Part shown: piece after piece, positions 55,423 to 62,426 of the stretch
Position numbering within the stretch: position 1 is the stretch's first letter
Layout: each line of letters begins with the position of its first letter
Virus record (IMG/VR): IMGVR_UViG_3300005805_000090
Span: 1 to 62,426 of that record
DNA from: a virus
Lineage: Duplodnaviria; Caudoviricetes
Strand: one strand, 5' to 3'
Length of the DNA: 62,426 bases
Translations under genes and position numbers: made by a program
The notes under the pieces: generated by a model
Told to the model about the DNA's origin: nothing
The model's database searches: none
Seen by the model: only the letters and a program-made list of their open reading frames with translations

Positions 55423-57369
55423 TTATTCCCACGCCTCTCTGTGTCCATTCGGGTGCCCAGTCTCCTCTTCCCATTCTTTTATCTCTTTCGAATCCGCCCA
55501 ACTCCTGTTTGGCTTTATTGCGGTTGGCTGTTTAATTTCAGACTGTACGTATTTACCGTCGATGGCCTGTTGAAGGTAGTCAATGTTATCAAACGTAAAC
55601 CTTCGGGTAGATCTAACAAGTTCAAAGTCAAAGAATCCCTTGATTCCGACAATCTTTTGTCTACGAATCTTCTTGGAGTGAAACTCACAGAGAGGACTTT
55701 CCGGGGACGTTTGGGCAAGCGGACGGTGGTAGATAATAATGTTGTCGGCCTTGTTGTTCCACATTGCTCCATCGGCTAGGTCAAACACTTCAGGGCATGG
55801 ATAGTTTCCGTCGTCACCCTTTCTCATCTTGTGTGGGTGAACCACAATGTCAAAGTAGACGTTGTTCTTCCTCGCAAACCTTGTGCAGTCCGAAAGGAAC
55901 GTCTCAAGGTACTTGTCGCTTCGTCCACCCCCTTTGCTGTAGTCGTTTGCCATTTGGTTGAACGGGTCGATTACCACGCGGTCCACTCCGTGCTTGATGA
56001 TCATGCTGAGGAACACTTCTTTTACGTAATCAGGAGTCGGGCTTACGTTCTTGGGGTACACCATGAAGATGTGCTGTCCAATCATCTCGTACACCTTCTT
56101 GTACGCATCGTAACTTGGCCTGTGGTAATTGTTCGGGGTACAATCCTTCCCAAAATAAATCTCAACAAGGTCATGGTAGAACTGCTCCGCTGGTAACTCT
56201 TCAGGAGTAAAGATGGCAACCTTCTCCCCAAACTTTACCATGCGGAATATCATCTCCCACTTCATGAACGAGGACTTGCCATAGTTTCCTATTCCGGAAA
56301 CAATTGTTAATTCGCCTTTAACTCTTTTGAAGTGCTTGTCGAGCAACGGCACTCCAAGGGGCATGGCTGCCTGATAACCCTTGTGGTATATGTCGGACGC
56401 TTGCTCAAACACCTCCTCGGCGTAGATAACATCTTCCTTGCTTATCTCTTCGAGGTCCTGCTCGGTGAGTTCAATCTTGACCTCCGTGTGGTTACTCTTT
56501 GTAACCAGTTGGTCCTTGGTAAACTCAGCAGTGTTCCATTGATTCATATTGGCGCGATACGCACTACGGATAGCTTGACGACACTCCTTCTGACTGAAGC
56601 TAGAGTCGGGAGTTACGTGCGTCATCATAAGGTTGTAGCACGTATCCTCCATCATTCCAAACCTACAGCAGCTAGCAGCTAACTTGAACACGAAGTGGTT
56701 CCTCTCCCCCTCGCGGAACGCGTCTCCCTTAGATGTCATCCACGTAAGAAGGTTTTGGAATATCTTGTCGTCGTCGTTAATTGTTTCGGTGGTTGTCTGT
56801 TGAGGCAACCTCCTATCAGCCTTCTTTACAGGTAATTTTTTGTAAGTTTCAGCGTTTGGATTGTAATAGAGGTCGGGATCATACGACTCAAAACATAGTC
56901 GGGAAACGTTACGTCCTGTCTTATCAATGTCCGGCATATCATTCATTAAGGCATCAAAATGCTCTTTATGCATGGTTTTCCATTCAATTTGGACGAGCGC
57001 TTTTAAGCCCTTTCCTGAGGGTGAAACCCAAACTGCGGTAATGTACCCTATAGAACACAATTCGCTTCGTTTTTGGGCTATATCTGACACGTTATCGAAG
57101 TCCAAAACGACATATCCTGAGTGTTCGAGCAGTTCTGAGTCCTTTCTCTTGGAAAACGTACCGCTAAAACAGACAGCAGGGAGTTTCTTTTTTAATTCAT
57201 CCGCCTCTTTCTTGGTCTTGGCTTCCCTCGCCTTCTCAACAAGTGCCTTTGATTTTCCAGTCCAAATTCGTTCAAGTGCGCCCAGCACACTAATTTGGTG
57301 TCCTTGCAGGTCGTTGAAGTCTTTGTAGATGGATACCTTACCATTTATTCCTTGCGTCATTGGGGTCAT
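55423..57369 (-). CDS. Primase-helicase: BT4734/VirE-N primase domain + PriCT + SF4 helicase
   Basis: KKKLPAVCFSGTF, HSG..VLDFD, SPSG.GLK; GERN..F.LA; Walker A GIGNYGKS, VVIDPFN, HPHK. Confidence 0.85.
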   Translation of the reverse strand: MTPMTQGINGKVSIYKDFNDLQGHQISVLGALERIWTGKSKALVEKAREAKTKKEADELKKKLPAVCFSGTFSKRKDSELLEHSGYVVLDFDNVSDIAQKRSELCSIGYITAVWVSPSGKGLKALVQIEWKTMHKEHFDALMNDMPDIDKTGRNVSRLCFESYDPDLYYNPNAETYKKLPVKKADRRLPQQTTTETINDDDKIFQNLLTWMTSKGDAFREGERNHFVFKLAASCCRFGMMEDTCYNLMMTHVTPDSSFSQKECRQAIRSAYRANMNQWNTAEFTKDQLVTKSNHTEVKIELTEQDLEEISKEDVIYAEEVFEQASDIYHKGYQAAMPLGVPLLDKHFKRVKGELTIVSGIGNYGKSSFMKWEMIFRMVKFGEKVAIFTPEELPAEQFYHDLVEIYFGKDCTPNNYHRPSYDAYKKVYEMIGQHIFMVYPKNVSPTPDYVKEVFLSMIIKHGVDRVVIDPFNQMANDYSKGGGRSDKYLETFLSDCTRFARKNNVYFDIVVHPHKMRKGDDGNYPCPEVFDLADGAMWNNKADNIIIYHRPLAQTSPESPLCEFHSKKIRRQKIVGIKGFFDFELVRSTRRFTFDNIDYLQQAIDGKYVQSEIKQPTAIKPNRSWADSKEIKEWEEETGHPNGHREAWE

Positions 57370-58054
57370 AGCTATAGTTTGTTTGTTTTACATTCGTTGT
57401 TGTTGTCTCGTCTTCCCACCTCCTGTCGCGAAGATAGCGAACAGGATCCTTCCAATACTTGCGTTCGCGCCCATTCTTATGGTTCCCCATGCCTTCTACT
57501 GCGAGTGTACGGTCCTCAGCAGATAGTTTATTCCAAACAGTAAGGGTTTGTTTCTTGTCAACCTTCTTGTCATACATCAACCAAAACTGCTCGAAAGAAT
57601 ACTTACTTTCTTCTTTTACTTTATTCTTTTTATTATGTGAGCATTCCTGAGCAGGGGTATGCTCATTTTTGAGCAGGGGGTATGCAGGTTTTTGAGCAGG
57701 GGTATGATCAAAAAAATCATCCTCCTCATTTTCAGACATTGGTATTTCCGGCGTAACCGTTCTACTTAATATGTCGGCATCCATGTTTATGGTTAGGCAT
57801 CTTACCTCAACCTCATTTCGGCTGTTAAGTTTAACTACCCTCCCTAAAACTCCCTTCTGTTCAAGATCGGAGATAACCCGCCTCACACTATGCTTGGATA
57901 TACCAAGGCATTCCCCCAAATAATGGTTTGAGGCAAAGCAATACCCCTTGATGTTTGATAGGTTTGAAATAACACCTACGAGTAGCTTCTCAGTAGACGA
58001 AAGTTCCTTGCTAAGCAGCACACTTGCAGGGATGATTGAATATTGATTATGCAT
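57338..58054 (-). CDS. Replication initiator (N-terminal wHTH, internal iterons, FEQFW..Y.KK C-terminal domain)
   Basis: LSSTEKLL...GYCFASNHYL HTH pattern; start revised to MHNQYS at 58054. Confidence 0.8.
   Translation of the reverse strand: MHNQYSIIPASVLLSKELSSTEKLLVGVISNLSNIKGYCFASNHYLGECLGISKHSVRRVISDLEQKGVLGRVVKLNSRNEVEVRCLTINMDADILSRTVTPEIPMSENEEDDFFDHTPAQKPAYPLLKNEHTPAQECSHNKKNKVKEESKYSFEQFWLMYDKKVDKKQTLTVWNKLSAEDRTLAVEGMGNHKNGRERKYWKDPVRYLRDRRWEDETTTTNVKQTNYSYDPNDARNKW
57601..57706. repeat. Iterons TGAGCAGGGG(G)TATG x3 plus AT-rich stretch: likely replication origin
   Basis: 57648-57661, 57670-57684, 57693-57706; ~22-bp spacing; lambda ori-like layout. Confidence 0.75.
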
Positions 58055-58059
58055 AAGAT

Positions 58060-58180
58060 AAAAAAGCTCGCAAGAACCACTTTGCGAGCTTTTGAGTTGG
58101 TTAGTATTTGTAACCACCTTCCAACCCCCGGTTGCTGTGGTTCTTTAGCAAACGGGGGGCGGAATATTTTGACAAACATA
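58060..58180 (-). promoter_or_regulatory. Promoter and attenuator-like leader of the initiator gene
   Basis: TATGTTTG (58173-58180), hairpin 58125-58158, terminator 58060-58093 ending about 6 nt before the ATG. Confidence 0.65.
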
Positions 58181-58199
58181 AAACAACCACGCAAGGTTG

Positions 58200-58391
58200 T
58201 CAAGGATTTTCTTGATTATTTTTTATGTGCCAGGTTTCACAATCCCAACACATAAACGGGTATTGATCGTAGTCACAATGCTCTTCTGCCTCCTTTCGGG
58301 TCTTGTAACACCTTTTGCCACAGCCATATATGGAGTTTTTTATCATAAACCAAAAGCAAAGTATAACCAGTGTAATTGAGCATATAAACAT
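58200..58391 (-). CDS. Small Zn-finger protein (CGK..Y...EA...C..C..WH) with N-terminal TM
   Basis: Cys/His pattern; promoter TAAATTTG at 58396-58403. Confidence 0.55.
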   Translation of the reverse strand: MFICSITLVILCFWFMIKNSIYGCGKRCYKTRKEAEEHCDYDQYPFMCWDCETWHIKNNQENP

Positions 58392-58467
58392 AGTGCAAAT
58401 TTAATCAAAATAGTCTTGTTAACAAGCAAGAACTTGACACTATGTTATTTGTCTGTATATTTGCATC

Positions 58468-58683
58468 ATGAGTAATTTGTTTCCACCCGACCACCGGGTA
58501 TTTATAGAAATAGAAAACAAAACTGACAAGCAAATTGACGCTGTAATAACAAAAGTTGGCAACTTCTGTGACTTTGAGGTAGGGCAGAGGATTTGTATTG
58601 TTGGAAAAGTAGACAAAGTTGAACTGCAAGATGTTACGGAGTATTCTGTACACGAGCGATATATAGTTATGGTTTATGAGTAA
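58468..58683 (+). CDS. GroES/Cpn10-like protein
   Basis: LFPPDHRVFIE...VITKVG...EVGQRI...ERYIVMVYE Cpn10 pattern; promoter TATATTTG at 58456-58463. Confidence 0.7.
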   Translation: MSNLFPPDHRVFIEIENKTDKQIDAVITKVGNFCDFEVGQRICIVGKVDKVELQDVTEYSVHERYIVMVYE

Positions 58684-59210
58684 CATTAAGAACTGGGATA
58701 GAGCCATCCTTCTTCTCAACAAAATGATTGACGAGAGGATTGAGATATATGAGGTCATGAGAATCTTTACCCCGATGGCAACTAAGTCGCGGAGAAAACT
58801 TCTATACTGTGATCCGGCGATAACTTCAGAGGATCTTGATCAAGTCGAGAAAGCGATAACAAGGTATAATGAAACCATGAAAGAAATATCCGAAACAAAG
58901 GTTGAAACTAGAATCAAGAGGTCGGCTTTCTTCAAAACACTGCAAGAACACTATGATAAGAACAAAGACAAAAAATAACTACCTCAAAATCATAGAGGTG
59001 TATGAATATTACATCAGAAGAGAGAAGGTTGACCCCGTAAAGGTGGAGGGCTTGATGTCCGACTGGGATGCCGTGATGGTTTTTGGAAGTTACTCATCGC
59101 TTCGCCGGTGCGTGAATAAGCTAAAGAAAAAGATTCCAATCGGAAAGAAAAACTTCGACAAGCAGAAACAGGTGCTAGAAATATACGAACAAAAATTGGC
59201 TAACAAATGA
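58676..59210 (+). CDS. Two hypothetical proteins (58676-58978, 58953-59210)
   Basis: Overlapping ORFs in the packaging operon. Confidence 0.6.
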
Positions 59211-60010
59211 ATTTAAGTGGATTAGATTTAGAGAAGCTGAGGCTTGTAAATGGGGAGTGCATTATTGAACTTCATTCGTTAACAGAAGACGAGATAGACT
59301 TCAATGGTGGGAAACTGAAAATAGTTAACAAAATAAAAAATTACATTTCAGAGATTGATGACGATGAGATGGTAAGGGTTGTGAAGGCTTTAAAAAAATC
59401 GGGATATAAAGACAAACAGCTATTAAAGGAATATGAGCTTATGGCGGGGGAAGCGCACAGAGAAGCTGACCCTGATAAGGAGAATATACAGGACAAACAG
59501 GCTGTAAGAAGGGGTAAAATTATTAAGATAGCAGAGGCAGAACTTAATTATGCAGGATGGGATTATGATTGCGAGTTCGATGCGGTAGAGGGAGATGATG
59601 TTTGGTTTGATGCTACCTTTACTCGTGAAATGATTACAGAGGGAGAAGGAGGTTGCATTATAGACGGTAAGATTTATTTGATGATTTCAAAGAGGTCGAT
59701 ATACGCAGCCAAACGAGGGGATGATATTGTTAGTCTAAATGGATACATAATCGGCAAATTGCTTGGAAATGAAAGAACATTTGGCTCTATTTACATACCA
59801 GACAACGATATTCAAAGAATAGAGGTTGTTGTTCCTCCGGCAAGAAATCCTCGATACGCTCGGCCAGATGTATGGACTAATACAGAAGTTAAAAAGGGGG
59901 ATGTAGTTTGCGTAAGAAATGTATACGCTACAAAGTTAGACCCCACATTAGCTAAGACAACGGATTATGTTCGTTTCCAATCACGAGTTATAATGGCGTA
60001 TGAAAGATGA
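59207..60010 (+). CDS. Tandem GroES-like domain protein
   Basis: RGKIIK...VEGDDVWF and EVVV.P...VKKGDVV repeats; position upstream of terminase as in crAss-like phages. Confidence 0.6.
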   Translation: MNLSGLDLEKLRLVNGECIIELHSLTEDEIDFNGGKLKIVNKIKNYISEIDDDEMVRVVKALKKSGYKDKQLLKEYELMAGEAHREADPDKENIQDKQAVRRGKIIKIAEAELNYAGWDYDCEFDAVEGDDVWFDATFTREMITEGEGGCIIDGKIYLMISKRSIYAAKRGDDIVSLNGYIIGKLLGNERTFGSIYIPDNDIQRIEVVVPPARNPRYARPDVWTNTEVKKGDVVCVRNVYATKLDPTLAKTTDYVRFQSRVIMAYER

Positions 60011-60660
60011 TAAAATTAGATTTTAGTAAAATATCGTATAACATTGAAAGCATCCCGGATGACGAGTCGGTGATATACCGCTTCTCGGACCTGGCTAGTC
60101 AAGCCCATATTCTCGACAGGTCAGACGACCTTCCTGAAGGGGTTAGCGCCGACAAGGTTGTACGCTATCTCATATATATGTTCGCTCCAGGTACACCTGT
60201 AAAAGATGCGTATCCTGACATCAACCAACGCAAACGATACACTCTGAACAAATTGAACATCAGGGTTGATGACACGGATTCTGAGGACGGGTACGCCCAG
60301 CTCTGCATGATGAATGTAGACTGGGCGGTGGAGCGGTACATCGTGTTCACCCGCCTGCAATGCTCGGAAGATTATTCGATTATGAGTACGGCTGACATCC
60401 GAATAGCCGCGCTTCAAAGGGCGCTATTGACTCAGCCTGTTGACAGGTCAAATGACGACAAGAACTTTCAGGCCGGTCTTGAGAGTTGGCGTCAGACCCT
60501 AGTGGATGCTCGTACTCGAATTATGAATGACGAGGTAAGTATTACCCTACAGAAAGCAATTACGTTCTCTGTTCGAGCGGAGAATTTGGGGATACAACCT
60601 GAACATTATTCAAGGATTTGGCGTGAGAAGAAAGAAATATTCCCGGAGGTAATACCATGA
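60007..60660 (+). CDS. Putative terminase small subunit
   Basis: Helical 217-aa protein coupled to the large subunit; synteny only. Confidence 0.4.
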   Translation: MIKLDFSKISYNIESIPDDESVIYRFSDLASQAHILDRSDDLPEGVSADKVVRYLIYMFAPGTPVKDAYPDINQRKRYTLNKLNIRVDDTDSEDGYAQLCMMNVDWAVERYIVFTRLQCSEDYSIMSTADIRIAALQRALLTQPVDRSNDDKNFQAGLESWRQTLVDARTRIMNDEVSITLQKAITFSVRAENLGIQPEHYSRIWREKKEIFPEVIP

Positions 60661-62405
60661 AGTACGAGTACGAGGAGGAGGATAAATACGTTTCTTTTCA
60701 CGAGGACGACGATGAGTTGGACACGATTCGCATTCCGCTCCCGCGACTTGAGGAGTGGTATTCGCATCACTTGAAAAGAGAGGTAAGCAGGGAGGAGGCC
60801 CTGACGTATGTTGATGGTTATGGCCTTGATCCGAGAGAACAAAAGTTTCCTTATCAGGAAACTCCCGAAAAGATAAAGCTCATCTACGAAGTTGTATTTA
60901 ATAAGAAACACGCAACCAATAAGTCCAAGTACAAGGAGGTTGGCGACGTAAGGCTTGAGGATATTTACGAGGAGATAGAATCTAATCAGAAGTATTATGC
61001 TATGGAGATTGAGTGGATCAAGCTCCAGATAAAGCGTAGGTATGTAGGATATTGGTGTTTCATTAAAGGGAAGCCAACGTACCTAAACGGTGCTAATTAC
61101 TTCTTCCTCAACTTCTGGACAGTAAAAAACTTCGGCAAGAATAACAACAGACCTGATTATAGAGATTACCAACGCAAGATGTTCCATCTGTTCATGTATG
61201 CCTACACAACAGAGGATGCGTTCTATAAGCACAAGATACTTTATAGAGAGGACGGCGTTGTGAAGACAAGGTATTCGAATCAAGATGTGAAGAATGTGGT
61301 TGATGAAATGAATGAACAAGGTTTTGAATACTACGTCGAGCCAAACGTGAATGTTACCGTAGGCAAGGGCAAAAGAACGGTTCACGGAATTAATTTCGTG
61401 TCTGGACGACGTATCGCAAAGACCGCAATCGCTTGCTGCTTCTGCACTTGGGGGACACTCAATATGCCTGACCAAACATTTATCATACAGGCGATGAATG
61501 AGGACCAGGCGGTAAATAAGATATTCATAAAACAAATTCAAACACCTGTAAGCAAGCTCCCTTTCTTTTTTCGTCCATACTATCGTGGACGTATAGAGGC
61601 AAAGGAGGGTTTGCGTTTTCAGTATGAAGGAGCAATCGCATCAGCAGCAAGAGCTGGAATCGTCCCCGAACAAATGGAATGTTTCATCACGCCGTTGCCT
61701 TCGACGGAGAAAGCGGCGGATGGGGAAGCGGAAATCGCTTTTGTTTACCGTGACGAACCAGCGAAAAAAACGGACGCGAAGGCGGCGGACCAAAACATTC
61801 CGACGTGGTGGTACAACACGATGAAGCCCGCCATCGAGCGCGGGGAAAACATCCGAGGGTTTTGCATCATGCCGTCAACCGTGGGTGACATGGATACAGG
61901 GGGTGGAGCGCAGTTCTTTGATATCGCAAACGATTCGCACTTCTCTGACCGAAATGAGAACGGAACCACGCCGTCTGGACTCATAAACTTCTTCCTTCCA
62001 GGTTACTATGCGGTTGAGGGGTACATCGACGAGTATGGATCAAGTATTATCGACGATCCGAAGGAACCCGTGATGTCCAACGAGGGCAAGTGGATTACAA
62101 AAGGAGCTAAGTCATATCTATTAAACCAAGCAGACTACTTTGAAAGGAAGCGTGAATGGCAGAAGTTAATTAAGTTACAGCAGAACTTCCCAATGACCTG
62201 GAAGCAGGCGTTTGCTGTTATCCCCAAGGATATGGGTATGCCCATCGAGAAGATGCGTGACCGAATATCTGAACTCAAATTTTCTCGCACACCAATTACT
62301 ACCAAAATAAACTTTAAATGGGTTGGGGATAAGTTTGGTGGAGATGCTAGATCGTTAACCTTATCCTATTCCAGTTTGAAACAAGAGAGAAAAAATCCAC
62401 TCTAG
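60657..62405 (+). CDS. terL: Terminase large subunit (ATPase domain; C-terminal nuclease missing)
   Basis: GYW.FIKG.PTYL.G.NYFFL, YRDYQ, RRIAKT Walker A, YRDEPAK Walker B, PST motif III, Q.FP.T..QAF. Confidence 0.85.
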   Translation: MKYEYEEEDKYVSFHEDDDELDTIRIPLPRLEEWYSHHLKREVSREEALTYVDGYGLDPREQKFPYQETPEKIKLIYEVVFNKKHATNKSKYKEVGDVRLEDIYEEIESNQKYYAMEIEWIKLQIKRRYVGYWCFIKGKPTYLNGANYFFLNFWTVKNFGKNNNRPDYRDYQRKMFHLFMYAYTTEDAFYKHKILYREDGVVKTRYSNQDVKNVVDEMNEQGFEYYVEPNVNVTVGKGKRTVHGINFVSGRRIAKTAIACCFCTWGTLNMPDQTFIIQAMNEDQAVNKIFIKQIQTPVSKLPFFFRPYYRGRIEAKEGLRFQYEGAIASAARAGIVPEQMECFITPLPSTEKAADGEAEIAFVYRDEPAKKTDAKAADQNIPTWWYNTMKPAIERGENIRGFCIMPSTVGDMDTGGGAQFFDIANDSHFSDRNENGTTPSGLINFFLPGYYAVEGYIDEYGSSIIDDPKEPVMSNEGKWITKGAKSYLLNQADYFERKREWQKLIKLQQNFPMTWKQAFAVIPKDMGMPIEKMRDRISELKFSRTPITTKINFKWVGDKFGGDARSLTLSYSSLKQERKNPL

Positions 62406-62426
62406 TATTATAAAAAATTGAATGAT

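Noticed and set aside
1-62426. Stop-codon reassignment as in some crAss-like phages
   Set aside because: Genes are full length and tightly packed in the standard code; TGA and TAG both end genes; no suppressor tRNA.

Overview
Most of a Bacteroidota-infecting podovirus genome with a crAss-like virion module. It begins in the 3' end of the putative major capsid gene and ends inside the large terminase, so portal/scaffold genes probably lie just outside. Host assignment rests on many TAnnTTTG promoters and a BT4734/VirE-N primase-helicase. Layout: + strand structural and ejection genes (1-24.4 kb, with a ferritin gene between two giant ejection proteins); tail fibre, holin and CHAP endolysin (24.4-30.4 kb); a - strand early/middle block (30.5-45.3 kb: spanin-like pair, NinG, an array of small ORFs, MazG-like, NinB, PD-(D/E)xK nuclease, many small early genes); a non-coding control region (45.3-46.6 kb); small basic proteins (46.6-49.4 kb); a - strand replication block (SSB, primase-helicase, iteron-containing initiator); and GroES-like genes plus terminase. 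I recognise no DNA polymerase, RNA polymerase, integrase or CRISPR array. The strongest candidate systems are two. (1) A 4-kb array of about 18 small genes joined by a repeated GGAGGTGAC(A/G)AATGA Shine-Dalgarno/stop/start junction, containing an integron attC-like cassette. (2) A rich non-coding RNA layer: a type I hammerhead, tRNA-elbow mini-repeats with covariation, anticodon-less tRNA mimics, a ~450-nt structured leader, promoter-hairpin-terminator units with complementary loops, and an sRNA antisense to start codons. All protein calls come from motif recognition by eye, not from database searches.
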